The notes under the pieces were generated by a model. It saw only the letters and a program-made list of their open reading frames with translations, had not been told where the DNA came from and searched no databases. From positions 16,330-80,329 of the forward strand of contig CAIRNS010000002.1 of NCBI GenBank assembly GCA_903880015.1: 64,000 bases of DNA. The letters run 5' to 3'. The stretch is from an uncultured Elusimicrobia bacterium (GTDB lineage: Bacteria; Elusimicrobiota; Endomicrobiia; Endomicrobiales; CAIRNS01). Positions within the stretch are counted from its first letter, which is position 1. Each line of letters starts with the position of its first letter. This document shows, piece after piece, positions 37,809 through 47,708 of this stretch. Both the position numbers and the translations under genes were made by a program.

Positions 37809-39080
37809 ATGATTGACATTAAATTAATTCGCGATAATCCCGGGGCTGTCGCACAAGCGCTTGCTGCGCGCGGACAGGCATTTTTTCTTGACGAACTGCT
37901 GGCCTGGGATGGAGAGCGCCGTCTGCTTATCGGAGAGATGGATATTCTGCGAGAGAAGCGAAACACATCGGCCGGACAGGTGGGAAAACTTAAACGGGAA
38001 GGCAAAGAGTGCGCGCCGGAAGTGATTGCTGAGATGGAAGGCGTGCGCAACGCCATTAACGAGAAAGAACGCGTACTGCTTGCCCTCGAACAAAAAATAG
38101 AGGATTTCCTTTTGCGTGTCCCGAACATCCCGGACGCAAGCGTTCCGCGGGGTACCAGCGAAAAAGATAACACGGTTGTCCGTCAGATAGGAGAACCGCC
38201 CGCGTTCGATTTTAAGCCCCTGGCCCATTGGGAGCTTGGCGAAAAACTAAACATACTTGATTTTAATGCCGCGGCAAAACTTTCCGGCGCGCGGTTTACG
38301 TTGCTCCGCGATGCGGGCTGTGTGCTGGAACGGGCACTGATAAGTTTTATGCTCGACACACACCGCGCCAACGGCTATGCGGAAGTGATGGTGCCGTACC
38401 TGGTCAACCGCGCGTCCATGCGGGGCACCGGACAGTGGCCGAAATTTGAAGAAGAACTTTTTTCCTGTAGCGCCGACGAACTGTATCTGATACCGACCGC
38501 CGAGGTGCCGGTGACCAACATACACCGCGACGATATGATTGACGAAAAAGATCTGCCCAAAAAATATGTGTGCTACACTGCCTGTTTCCGCAGAGAAGCC
38601 GGATCATACGGCAAAGACACTAAAGGGCTCATCCGCAACCATCAGTTCAACAAAGTCGAGGTCGTAAAATTTGTTAAACCTGAGGGCTCATTGGCGGAAC
38701 TGGAATCCCTGACACGGGATGCTGCTTCGGTTCTTGAAAAGTTAGGGCTTGCGTACCGCGTGCTTGAACTTTGTTCGGCAGACATCGGATTTTCATCGGC
38801 AAAGACCTACGACCTTGAAGTGTGGATGCCCAGCGAAAACCGGTGGCGCGAAATATCGTCCTGCTCGCTGTTTACGGACTTTCAGGCGCGCCGCATGAAC
38901 ACAAAAGTAAAGTATGCCGACAAACGCAAAGAATTGATCCACACCCTCAACGGCTCCGGCGTCGCCGTCGGCAGATGTTTCGCCGCACTCCTTGAGAACT
39001 ATCAACAAAAAGACGGTTCGATAATAATCCCCGAAGCCCTCAGACCCTATACGAAGTTCGACCGCATCGCGGTCGGTTAA
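37809..39080 (+). CDS. serS: Seryl-tRNA synthetase
   Basis: 423-aa ORF with an N-terminal coiled-coil arm and class II motifs ([15 protein letters not shown]). Confidence 0.95.
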   Translation: MIDIKLIRDNPGAVAQALAARGQAFFLDELLAWDGERRLLIGEMDILREKRNTSAGQVGKLKREGKECAPEVIAEMEGVRNAINEKERVLLALEQKIEDFLLRVPNIPDASVPRGTSEKDNTVVRQIGEPPAFDFKPLAHWELGEKLNILDFNAAAKLSGARFTLLRDAGCVLERALISFMLDTHRANGYAEVMVPYLVNRASMRGTGQWPKFEEELFSCSADELYLIPTAEVPVTNIHRDDMIDEKDLPKKYVCYTACFRREAGSYGKDTKGLIRNHQFNKVEVVKFVKPEGSLAELESLTRDAASVLEKLGLAYRVLELCSADIGFSSAKTYDLEVWMPSENRWREISSCSLFTDFQARRMNTKVKYADKRKELIHTLNGSGVAVGRCFAALLENYQQKDGSIIIPEALRPYTKFDRIAVG

Positions 39081-39105
39081 CCCCGAAATTTATACTACAA
39101 CAACA

Positions 39106-40692
39106 TTAATCCCGATGAACGGTTGAAATGTGGAATGCCGGCGGCAAGTGTGCGGCAATGTATTGTTGGAAATATTCGGGAAGCGTGGGGCCGATTTTTA
39201 TATTTTTTATGCCGAGATACAAGAGCGTCAGAAAAATAGCTATGGCTTTCTGGTCGTACCATGCGATATCGTATTCTATCGGCAAATCGTTGAGGTCGCT
39301 GATGTGTAATGTGGCCGCCAGTTCCCGCGCAAAGGCAATCAGGGAATAGGTGTCGCTGCATTGACCGGCGTCAAGAACCCGGGGAATGCCTTCAATTGTT
39401 CCCGGCATGTGTTTAATATACCGGTATTTGGCGCATCCGGCAGTAAGAATAATCGTATCGCTCGGCAGCGACAAGGCTTTGTCCGTGTAATAACGGCGCC
39501 GCATATCCCGTCCGTCGCATCCCGCCATAACAACGAACTTTTTTATTTTCTCCCGGTGTATCAGATCAATGATCTTTTCTTTGTGCGCGCCCAGATATGC
39601 ATGGCCGAACCCGTGCGGGAAATCCGGTTCGTTCAACGATTCAGGCGGAAAACATTTTTTTGCCCGCGCGATAACTGCCGAGAAATCTTTTTTTCCGTTG
39701 AATTCCCCCATATGAGGAACTCCCGGATAGCCCGCAACGCTTGCGGTAAATATCCGGTCGGCATATGCCGGCTCAACCGGGACTATGCAATTTGATGTCA
39801 CCAGCACCGCACCGTTGAAGCGGGCGAATTCCGTCGTTTGCTGCCACCATGCGTTGCCGTAGTTGCCCACAAGATGCGGATATTTATTAAAAAACGGCAA
39901 ACTGTGAGCTAAAATCATTTCGCCGTTGGTGTAGACATCAACCCCGGCGTCAACCGTCTGGTCGAGCAGCATCTCAAGGTCTTTAAGCTCATGTCCCGAT
40001 ACCAAAATACCCGGTCGCGTGCCGACGCCGGCATGAACTATGACCGGTCCGGGTGTGCCGTATGCCTGGGAGTTGGCGCGGTCGAGCACATCCATCGCCA
40101 ACAGCGTGAACTTGCCCGCCTCCATCACCATGTTCATCAATATATCTTTATCGGTTTCCTGCGCGGCTGCGTTTAAGGCGCGAAACATAAAATCAAACAA
40201 TGCGTCATCGTAAACATTCAATATTGCCGCATGATAGGTATATGCCGCCATTCCTTTTAGCGCGTACGTGATTATTTCGCGGAGCGACCGCAGGTCGGGG
40301 TCGGCTGTTTGCAGGATACCTATATCCAAACTTTTGCGGAAGAATTCTTTATCGGTAGACGGCGTCCATGTGGCGCACTCAGGAAGGGCGGTCGCAAGCA
40401 CTCCGGCATGCGAGCGCAGTGTTTCACGCAGAGCAATAACTTTTTTTGAGTAATCAATAATGCGGCTGGCATCGAAATTGGTATTGGTTACTGTAGCAAA
40501 CAGACATTCAGCGGTAATTACCCCTGCTGTGCGCTTTTCAACCATGCTTCCCGCGTAAAACGACATCCCTTTGAGCAGCCAAATAAGCAGATCCTGCAGG
40601 TTGGCGGTCTCGTCTGATTTCCCGCACACGCCCAGAGCCGTGCACCCTTTTCCGCTCCCTGTTTCCTGGCACTGATAACAAAACATATTCAT
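39106..40692 (-). CDS. hcp: Hybrid cluster protein / hydroxylamine reductase
   Basis: 528-aa ORF with an N-terminal MFCYQCQETGSGKGCT cubane motif and conserved Hcp blocks (GHELKDL, NCIVP, MAGCDG). Confidence 0.9.
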   Translation of the reverse strand: MNMFCYQCQETGSGKGCTALGVCGKSDETANLQDLLIWLLKGMSFYAGSMVEKRTAGVITAECLFATVTNTNFDASRIIDYSKKVIALRETLRSHAGVLATALPECATWTPSTDKEFFRKSLDIGILQTADPDLRSLREIITYALKGMAAYTYHAAILNVYDDALFDFMFRALNAAAQETDKDILMNMVMEAGKFTLLAMDVLDRANSQAYGTPGPVIVHAGVGTRPGILVSGHELKDLEMLLDQTVDAGVDVYTNGEMILAHSLPFFNKYPHLVGNYGNAWWQQTTEFARFNGAVLVTSNCIVPVEPAYADRIFTASVAGYPGVPHMGEFNGKKDFSAVIARAKKCFPPESLNEPDFPHGFGHAYLGAHKEKIIDLIHREKIKKFVVMAGCDGRDMRRRYYTDKALSLPSDTIILTAGCAKYRYIKHMPGTIEGIPRVLDAGQCSDTYSLIAFARELAATLHISDLNDLPIEYDIAWYDQKAIAIFLTLLYLGIKNIKIGPTLPEYFQQYIAAHLPPAFHISTVHRD

Positions 40693-40724
40693 GCTGACAC
40701 CGCACTTGATATTGGCATGCCCAC

Positions 40725-40753
40725 ATTATAGGGGTTTAACAGGCGGGAGTCAA
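40725..40753 (-). promoter_or_regulatory. hcp promoter
   Basis: Minus strand reads TTGACT-N17-TATAAT. An 8-bp palindrome GGCATGCC (40714-40721) lies just downstream of the -10 box. Confidence 0.5.
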
Positions 40754-40780
40754 TGCACTGACGCTTACACAAACCCCCTC

Positions 40781-40809
40781 TTGACAAACTCTTGGCAGGG
40801 TGGTATAAT
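40781..40809 (+). promoter_or_regulatory. clpB promoter
   Basis: TTGACA (40781-40786), a 17-nt spacer, then TATAAT (40804-40809). Confidence 0.6.
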
Positions 40810-40835
40810 TGGCACTCATTGCGAAAGAGTGCTAA
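40809..40835 (+). promoter_or_regulatory. CIRCE element (HrcA operator) overlapping the clpB -10 box
   Basis: TTGGCACTC-ATTGCGAAA-GAGTGCTAA, compared with the consensus TTAGCACTC-N9-GAGTGCTAA (one mismatch). Confidence 0.75.
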
Positions 40836-40877
40836 TTAAATAACTTTTGTCATTGTTTCGACGAATGGAGGGGTCCC

Positions 40878-43457
40878 ATGAATACCAACAAACTAACCAT
40901 TAAAGCCCAGGAAGCGCTGGCCGATATGCAGACCATTGCCGGTGAGCATCAACAGCAGGAACTGGCTCCGGAACATCTTTTGGCGGCACTACTCAACCAG
41001 AAGGACGGCGTGGTGCCGGCAATCACCGAAAAAATGCAGTTAACCGCTGTGTTGAAAAAGAATATAGAAGAAGAGATTGCCAAACGGCCGCAGGTTTCAG
41101 GGGGACATGCGTATCTGTCTTCCGCGCTTGAAAAAGTTTTCTCCGCCGCGGAAAAAGAGGCGAAAAAACTCAAAGATGATTTTGTGTCTGCGGAACATTT
41201 GCTGTTGGGCATCATGGATGAAGGAACATCCGCCGCCGCGGTACTGCTCAAAAAGAACGCGGTAAGCAAGGACCAGATACTGCAGGCGCTCGTTGCCATT
41301 CGCGGAAGCCAGCGCATTACGGACCAGAACCCCGAGGATAAATATCAGGCGCTTGAAAAATACGGCCGTGATTTGACCGACCTCGCCCGCAAAGGAAAAC
41401 TCGATCCGGTGATTGGCCGCGATGAAGAGATACGGCGCACCATCCAGGTGCTGGCGCGGCGGACAAAAAACAATCCCGTACTGATAGGCGAGCCGGGCGT
41501 CGGTAAAACCGCCATCGTCGAAGGGCTTGCTCAGCGCATCGTTTCCGGCGACATTCCGGAAACGCTCAGAGACAAACGGGTTATCGCCTTGGACATGGGC
41601 GCACTGATTGCCGGCGCAAAATACCGCGGCGAGTTTGAGGACCGGCTTAAAGCCGTGCTCAAAGAAATACAATCCTCTGAAGGAAAAATAATCCTTTTTA
41701 TTGATGAACTCCACACCATTGTCGGCGCGGGAGCGGCTGAAGGTGCGGTCGACGCCGCCAACATGCTTAAGCCCATGCTCGCACGCGGCGAACTGCGGAT
41801 GGTCGGCGCGACCACCCTCGACGAATACCACAAACACATTGAAAAGGACGCGGCGCTGGAACGCCGATTCCAGACGATAACGGTCGGCGAGCCCACCGTT
41901 GACGACACTATCGCCATTTTGCGGGGGCTCAAGGAACGCTACGAAGTCCACCACGGCGTGCGCATTAAAGACACGGCCCTGGTCGCGGCGGCAACGCTCA
42001 GCGCCCGGTATATCACCGCCCGGTTCCTGCCGGACAAAGCCATCGACCTTATCGACGAAGCTGCCAGCCGTCTGCGCATAGAAATTGATTCCCTGCCGCA
42101 GGCGCTCGACATAGTGGAACGAAAGATTTTGCAGTTGGAGATCGAGCGCCAGGCAGTGCGCAAAGAGACCGATACCGCTTCAAAAGAGCGGTTACACAAG
42201 ATGGAAAGTGAGCTGGAGGAGTTGCGCGGTCAATCGGCAGTCATGAAAGGGCACTGGCTTAAAGAAAAAGACGCCATCGGAAAGATCCGCGCTATAAAAG
42301 GGCTCTTGGAGACGCTGAAACTGGACGAACAACGCGCGGAACGACAGGGTGACCTGGATAAAGTCGCTGAGATTCGCTATGGAAAAATCCCCGAGAATCA
42401 GCGGAAACTGGAAGAAGAGAATAAGATTCTTTCCGGCGTGCAGGGTGAAACAAAAATGCTTAAAGAAGAAGTAGATGAAGACGATATCGCCGCCGTGGTC
42501 GCCACATGGACCGGCATCCCCGTTACCCGGATGATGGAAGGCGAGATTGCGAAACTACTAAAAATGGAAAACCGCCTGCATGAGCGAGTCGTCGGGCAGG
42601 ATGAAGCGATTACCGCTATCGCTGACGCCGTGCGCCGGTCGCGGTCGGGCTTATCGGACCCCCACAAACCCGTGGGATCATTTATTTTTCTGGGGCCGAC
42701 GGGCGTGGGCAAGACGGAAGTGGCGAAAGCGCTGGCCGAATTCCTATTTGACGACGAAAAAAATCTTATCCGCATCGATATGTCGGAATACATGGAAAAA
42801 CACGCGGTATCACGCCTGGTCGGGGCGCCCCCGGGCTATGTCGGATTTGAAGAAGGCGGACAACTGACCGAAGCCGTACGCCGCCGCCCGTACGCGGTAA
42901 TCCTGTTCGACGAAATCGAGAAAGCGCATCCGGAAGTGTTTAATATTCTCCTGCAACTGCTGGACGACGGGCGCTTGACCGACGGGCAGGGACGCACGGT
43001 TGATTTCAAGAATACCGTTGTTATTATGACTTCAAACATCGGCTCCAACTGGATTCAGGAATCCGCCGATTACAATGATATGAAAAAAAAGGTCAACGAA
43101 GCCCTGACCGCGCATTTCAGGCCAGAATTTTTAAACCGGATAGACGAAATTATCATTTTCCGTCGGCTGGCTGCTGAACAACTGCAGGGTATCATCGACA
43201 TACAGCTCGCCGCAGTCCAGAAACGCCTGGCAGACCGCAAGCTAAACCTTGTCCTGACAAAAACCGCCCGGGCATTTTTGGCAAAAGCAGGGTACGACCC
43301 GGCATTCGGAGCCCGACCGCTGAAACGGTCAATCCAAAACCTGCTGCTTAATCCCTTATCGGCGAAACTAATAGCCGGCGAGTATGCGCAAGGCGACACC
43401 ATTGCGGTTGATAGCGCCCGCAAAGACGGCGTCGAGACCTTAGTCTTCAGTAAATAA
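40878..43457 (+). CDS. clpB: ATP-dependent chaperone/disaggregase ClpB
   Basis: 859-aa ORF with a Clp N domain, two AAA+ modules ([18 protein letters not shown]) and a long middle coiled coil. Confidence 0.95.
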   Translation: MNTNKLTIKAQEALADMQTIAGEHQQQELAPEHLLAALLNQKDGVVPAITEKMQLTAVLKKNIEEEIAKRPQVSGGHAYLSSALEKVFSAAEKEAKKLKDDFVSAEHLLLGIMDEGTSAAAVLLKKNAVSKDQILQALVAIRGSQRITDQNPEDKYQALEKYGRDLTDLARKGKLDPVIGRDEEIRRTIQVLARRTKNNPVLIGEPGVGKTAIVEGLAQRIVSGDIPETLRDKRVIALDMGALIAGAKYRGEFEDRLKAVLKEIQSSEGKIILFIDELHTIVGAGAAEGAVDAANMLKPMLARGELRMVGATTLDEYHKHIEKDAALERRFQTITVGEPTVDDTIAILRGLKERYEVHHGVRIKDTALVAAATLSARYITARFLPDKAIDLIDEAASRLRIEIDSLPQALDIVERKILQLEIERQAVRKETDTASKERLHKMESELEELRGQSAVMKGHWLKEKDAIGKIRAIKGLLETLKLDEQRAERQGDLDKVAEIRYGKIPENQRKLEEENKILSGVQGETKMLKEEVDEDDIAAVVATWTGIPVTRMMEGEIAKLLKMENRLHERVVGQDEAITAIADAVRRSRSGLSDPHKPVGSFIFLGPTGVGKTEVAKALAEFLFDDEKNLIRIDMSEYMEKHAVSRLVGAPPGYVGFEEGGQLTEAVRRRPYAVILFDEIEKAHPEVFNILLQLLDDGRLTDGQGRTVDFKNTVVIMTSNIGSNWIQESADYNDMKKKVNEALTAHFRPEFLNRIDEIIIFRRLAAEQLQGIIDIQLAAVQKRLADRKLNLVLTKTARAFLAKAGYDPAFGARPLKRSIQNLLLNPLSAKLIAGEYAQGDTIAVDSARKDGVETLVFSK

Positions 43458-43526
43458 ATTTTGTGTGTTTTTTAGAGGACCGCCGCGGGGTTTTGCGTGT
43501 GATTACATCATGTGGCATTGTTGCTG

Positions 43527-44822
43527 CTATGATGTATGCTTGCTTTTCTTGTTGTTTTTCCTGATGGGGCTTTTCTTGGAGCCGTTGTCTTCACGAATCA
43601 GTTCTTTTGTTCGCTCGCCCGTTACTATCATTTTCCCGCTCTTTTGATGTCCGTTGATATCGGAAATCAAATAAAAATACTCGCCCACGCCGACATTGAC
43701 ATCATTATCATTTTTCCCGTCCCAGGTGGCTTTATGGCTCACGCCATCGTTCCCGGCAGTTCCCGGCCTGATACTTTTCACCAATTTACCGGACATATCA
43801 AATATCCGTATCACTGCATCCTTGGGGATATGTTTGAAATGCAGGGTTCCGGTTTCTTCAGTCGAAAAATCAACCGGGTTCGGATACACGGCAATGCCGG
43901 ACAAAGGACGCCCTCCCAGCCCCGTCTTAAAGGCGTATCCCATGGACAGCATATGCGACCCGCCTATGTCGCCATACATGCCGAACGCATAATCAAACTT
44001 CATTTGTTGCCAGGTAATGCCTAATCCGAGATGTATACCAGAAATTCCGCCTGTCTCAGGACGGGTATTAAAGCCATCCCTGATAACCATTCCTTTTGCG
44101 ATTCTGTTCTCCATGCCGACGCCAAAAGACGGTTTACCGGACGGCGGGTAGTCCGCGTCCACGGCAATGCTCATAAACTGTTTGGGAAGAACTATGCTGC
44201 ACCCTAATTTCACATTGCTCGGTAAATCATTGCCTTTTATCTGACCGCCCATATTTTGAACTGCCATCCCCATGCGGAACATATCCGTAAAAAAATAGCT
44301 GGCGCCGACATCGCCGGCAAACCCCGAGGCAGAAACGACATCTATTGTCTGATTGATGCTCTTGGCACTGAATCCTAATGCTAATTTTCTGCCTATTTGT
44401 TTACCCCATCCGAACAAAACAGCGTACTCCATGCTGCCAAATGTTTGTCCGGTGGCTTGATAGTTCCCTGCAATATCTTCCGTGGTCTTGGCAATATCCC
44501 CCGTATAGAGCGATAGCGCACCTGCGGAAAATGTGCCATAGGCGGTCGGTTCAGCATATGCCATGTAATCATATTTTATGTCCTGAACATACTCCATATG
44601 CGTAAAGTCCACCACGGTTTTTTGGAGCCGCCCCAGATTTGCCGGATTCCAATACAGAGCATAGCCATCGATGACATCAGCCACGCCGGTTTCTCCCATC
44701 CCTGACGCTCGGGCGCCCGGGCCGATGGCCAAAAATTGAGCCGCAGTTGACCCCGTTCCCTTGGCATACGCCAAAGAACTTATGACGGCAATAATCACTG
44801 CGGCGATACGAAAACTTTTCAT
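43527..44822 (-). CDS. PorV/PorQ-like outer-membrane barrel fused to a T9SS-type/FlgD-Ig-like C-terminal domain and a Lys-rich tail
   Basis: Signal peptide, then GSTAAQFLAIGPGARASGMGETGVAD...ALYWNPANLG. The barrel ends at SMGYAF. Next comes IAVYPNPVDFS...IRIFDMSGKLVKSIRPGTAGNDGVSHKATWDGKND...YFYLISD..GHQKSGKMIV, then a KKSPIRKNNKKSK tail. Confidence 0.7.
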   Translation of the reverse strand: MKSFRIAAVIIAVISSLAYAKGTGSTAAQFLAIGPGARASGMGETGVADVIDGYALYWNPANLGRLQKTVVDFTHMEYVQDIKYDYMAYAEPTAYGTFSAGALSLYTGDIAKTTEDIAGNYQATGQTFGSMEYAVLFGWGKQIGRKLALGFSAKSINQTIDVVSASGFAGDVGASYFFTDMFRMGMAVQNMGGQIKGNDLPSNVKLGCSIVLPKQFMSIAVDADYPPSGKPSFGVGMENRIAKGMVIRDGFNTRPETGGISGIHLGLGITWQQMKFDYAFGMYGDIGGSHMLSMGYAFKTGLGGRPLSGIAVYPNPVDFSTEETGTLHFKHIPKDAVIRIFDMSGKLVKSIRPGTAGNDGVSHKATWDGKNDNDVNVGVGEYFYLISDINGHQKSGKMIVTGERTKELIREDNGSKKSPIRKNNKKSKHTS

Positions 44823-46540
44823 TTTACTACCCCGATTTTGCCGGTTTTTTTGTGACCGGGTTCATCGGTGATTAGATACAGGTACAATCCCATGCTGACA
44901 CCGTCACCATCCTCGTTTTTTCCGTTCCATTCGGCCCTGCCGCTGATACCATCGTTTTCTGCCGTCCCGGGCTTGAGAGTTTTCACCAATCCGCCGGTCA
45001 CATCGAATATCTGTACCTTTGCGCTATCGGTGAGATTGTCAAACTTTAACTTCCCGCGAACCGCTGTCTCAAAGCAAACCGGGTTCGGATATACAACAAC
45101 ACCGGACAAATCTGTCACTGCATTGGAAAGCGATGAGCCCGTATATGCTTTCAGACATACATTGGTATTGGTGTAAACAGTAGTAATATCACCCCATGCA
45201 GCGCCATCATGACTGATATAACTTTGCCCCGCAGCGGCAGTTGGACTGCTATAGCCGGAGATAGGATATTCCAGAGGGATGGGATAAGCGTACCCGGGGG
45301 TGGTCATTTTTACCACAACGCAAAAGGTCCGGTTGGCGCTGATAGGGATCGAGGAATCAAGCCGGATGGTATGATATCCGGTGACGGGAATCGTTCCGGT
45401 TTTTTTTCCTAATAATCCCGAAAACGACGACCCGCTAAAACTGTCATACACATATATCTCATAGGTTGCGTCCATCGCCGTAGAATAAAAACCTACTGCA
45501 TCTAACTGGTCATTGGAAGTTGCTGTAAAAACATTGGCGAACCACCCGGTAGTAGAGGAATACCCGGCCGCCGTACTCATGCCCAGCGGATCATACTGAT
45601 ATATGTGTTGATAGTTCCCATTTCTTTCAAAAACCGCGTTATCGGTGCCTATGTTAGTATCATAATAGGAAACATAGAAATAACCGGCATTGCCCCAGCT
45701 TGACCCCCAACTGTTTTTGACGATAAAGGCGCCATTGCCCGGCGGAACCGTGGAAAAATTTGTTTTATCATAATTGTCATCCCATCCGACTAACGCTACG
45801 CCATGATTGCTCACTGCTGTACCGCTGTAATAATATGCGGCATTGATTGGGTTGTAATATGTGGCACCTATATTCATGTATATAGAGGTCATAACAGCGC
45901 CTACATCGGTAATCATTTGCTTTATGTTGTCGTTGTCCGACACACTACTTCTGTCCGGGATAAAGAGTGCTTCTTGCACATGTGCTTGTACTGCTGATCC
46001 TGGGGGAGACCCGCCCTTGTTGGGATAGGGATCGTCGGATTCATACACCGGCCCGCCCCATCTGGTGAGATATGCCGTTGACATCCCATACGTACCGCCG
46101 CCGTCATAGCCAAGATCGAACCCGGAGAGATTTACAAGATTGTTTTCTGAAAAATCTTGTGTGTCGAGGGGTAAAAAATATGATTCCAATGCGCTGTAGG
46201 TGGCGAATGCCCAGCAGGTATTGTAAGCGCCCTGATCTCTAATCGGGGTAACCTTTCCCTGGCTGCGCAGATCATACGACGCAAGGTACCCGAGGGGCGC
46301 AGGTAGGCCATTGAGCCGTTTCGCCATGCGTTTCCCTCTGGTGTGGGAAAAATCTACCGGCGAAGGAATTAATCCTGAAGCATGATTATTTGTTGACTGT
46401 TTTGGTGCTTTTCCCTGCTGCATGTCGATCAAATAATTTTTGAACCCCGCGCTGACAGGGGCGCACTGCATGTCGGCATATGCAAACATACCTGGCCCCA
46501 TCAGTACAATCATAATAAAAGAGATGGCTTTTTTCTTCAT
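44819..46540 (-). CDS. Secreted papain-like (C1 family) cysteine peptidase with a T9SS-type/FlgD-Ig-like C-terminal domain
   Basis: Signal peptide MKKKAISFIMIVLMGPGMFAYA and the catalytic Cys motif DQGAYNTCWAFATYSALE. NHGVALVGWDD and VKNSWGSSWG match papain-family blocks (His region and the NSWG block). C-terminal VVVYPNPVCF...VQIFDVTGGLVKTLKPGTAENDG...WNGKNEDGD...YLYLITD..GHKKTGKIGVVK. The start is moved to Met34 (46540), and there is an ATGA overlap with the downstream PorV-like gene. Confidence 0.8.
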   Translation of the reverse strand: MKKKAISFIMIVLMGPGMFAYADMQCAPVSAGFKNYLIDMQQGKAPKQSTNNHASGLIPSPVDFSHTRGKRMAKRLNGLPAPLGYLASYDLRSQGKVTPIRDQGAYNTCWAFATYSALESYFLPLDTQDFSENNLVNLSGFDLGYDGGGTYGMSTAYLTRWGGPVYESDDPYPNKGGSPPGSAVQAHVQEALFIPDRSSVSDNDNIKQMITDVGAVMTSIYMNIGATYYNPINAAYYYSGTAVSNHGVALVGWDDNYDKTNFSTVPPGNGAFIVKNSWGSSWGNAGYFYVSYYDTNIGTDNAVFERNGNYQHIYQYDPLGMSTAAGYSSTTGWFANVFTATSNDQLDAVGFYSTAMDATYEIYVYDSFSGSSFSGLLGKKTGTIPVTGYHTIRLDSSIPISANRTFCVVVKMTTPGYAYPIPLEYPISGYSSPTAAAGQSYISHDGAAWGDITTVYTNTNVCLKAYTGSSLSNAVTDLSGVVVYPNPVCFETAVRGKLKFDNLTDSAKVQIFDVTGGLVKTLKPGTAENDGISGRAEWNGKNEDGDGVSMGLYLYLITDEPGHKKTGKIGVVK

Positions 46541-46669
46541 GGTTTCATTCCGCTTTTTTCCCCATCTCCTGCATCCCCTTACCTGACATGTCGGGATGTC
46601 CGCGCCCTTGAAAGAATTTACATGTATCTTTCCGTACATCTTGACCTACTGCGTGCGACTAGTTTAGCT

Positions 46670-46698
46670 ATTATAATGTATATATCCTCAGGCGTCAA
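46670..46698 (-). promoter_or_regulatory. Promoter of the peptidase/PorV-like operon
   Basis: Minus strand reads TTGACG-N17-TATAAT, about 125 nt upstream of the ATG at 46540. Confidence 0.5.
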
Positions 46699-46784
46699 GA
46701 ATTAAAAATAAGCGCAAATTATCCGATGTGCTGTTTTGTGCGTGGCCCCCCAATATGACCGGCGCCGCAGTGTGTTCGGGATGG

Positions 46785-47708
46785 TTATATGCCGTACTTG
46801 CGAGTGGCTGACTTAGTTAAATTTCCGTAGTTGAGGAAAACCGTTACTTCGCCGTTTGCTTTATTCTCGCGGCTGCGGTAATTCACGGAAACCAAATTCT
46901 GCATCAGATACAAGATATAGGTAAACTGCGTGGTCAGCTCCGCCGAAGTCGGCGATGTTATAAACCGGCCGTTAGTCGTGGAAGTAATGAAATTGAGCGT
47001 GGTGGCATCGACGCCGAAGCCGAGCCCGATGATATGCGCCGCAACACCCGTTTTGTTAACTTCATCCGCAACATTTTCTTGAGTGCGAAATAAGATACTC
47101 GCATTTTCCTGCCCGTCGGTTAGGACCAGTATGAATTTGCGCCCGGTCCGGGAGCGAAGCTCCTGGGCAGCAAGGCCGATTGCATCAAATAACGCGGTGT
47201 TACCGAACGCGGGAGGCAAATCAATGATTGATTTAAGCAGGGGCTTGCTGGTGGTAAACCCCACGCTGACGTTCGCCGTCGATGAAAAATCAATGATCTC
47301 CGCAGCATCCCCGGCCCCCAGATTGTCGATAAATTGTTTAGCGGCGGCGTTGGCATCGTCGGTCGCTGTGCCCGCCATGCTCCCGCTGCGGTCCATACAG
47401 ATGGACACTGACAACGGCTCATCGAGCTTGCTGACGCCGGTTAAGACAGAGGGATTATTGTTGTCTATAACGGTAAAATTGCCAATCTTAAAATCGGTCA
47501 GCGCGGTTCCGCTTTGGTCCGTCACCAAAACGAACACGCGCCCTTCGGGGAATGTGCGGCTATCATACTGCGGGCACTGCATGGAAACTGCGGTTGTCCC
47601 GCTGGCGGGCAGGGAAAGCACCGGGTCTTTTTTCCGGTCACAGCCGGAAAACATCATTATCGCCGCAATAAGAAAAACTCCGCTGTTCTTTATCACTGGT
47701 TGAACCAC
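46785..47708 (-). CDS. vWA-domain lipoprotein
   Basis: Lipobox-like MMFSGCD, an N-terminal beta-rich domain, the MIDAS motif DRSGSMAG, and LVLTDGQEN. Confidence 0.7.
   Translation of the reverse strand: MVQPVIKNSGVFLIAAIMMFSGCDRKKDPVLSLPASGTTAVSMQCPQYDSRTFPEGRVFVLVTDQSGTALTDFKIGNFTVIDNNNPSVLTGVSKLDEPLSVSICMDRSGSMAGTATDDANAAAKQFIDNLGAGDAAEIIDFSSTANVSVGFTTSKPLLKSIIDLPPAFGNTALFDAIGLAAQELRSRTGRKFILVLTDGQENASILFRTQENVADEVNKTGVAAHIIGLGFGVDATTLNFITSTTNGRFITSPTSAELTTQFTYILYLMQNLVSVNYRSRENKANGEVTVFLNYGNLTKSATRKYGI

Noticed and set aside
41097-41954. 285-aa ORF antisense to clpB. Similar long antisense ORFs include 29543-30265 in rmuC, 28107-28718 in the NHL gene, 13725-14225 in the 1331-aa gene and 47083-47703 in the vWA gene.
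   Set aside because: In each case the opposite strand encodes a protein with unmistakable conserved motifs. These shadow ORFs are a typical by-product of GC-rich codon usage.
43465-43647. 60-aa plus-strand ORF downstream of clpB.
   Set aside because: It overlaps the 3' end of the minus-strand PorV-like gene, and has no ribosome-binding site or recognisable motif.
46541-46639. 33-codon N-terminal extension of the peptidase ORF in the track.
   Set aside because: A canonical signal peptide (MKKKAISFIMIVLMG...) begins at Met34. The extension is Arg/Cys-rich and lacks a ribosome-binding site.
46641-46677. Plus-strand promoter-like TTGACC ... TATAAT.
   Set aside because: The spacer is 25 nt. The TATAAT merely overlaps the palindromic ATTATAAT that serves the minus-strand promoter, and no plus-strand gene follows.
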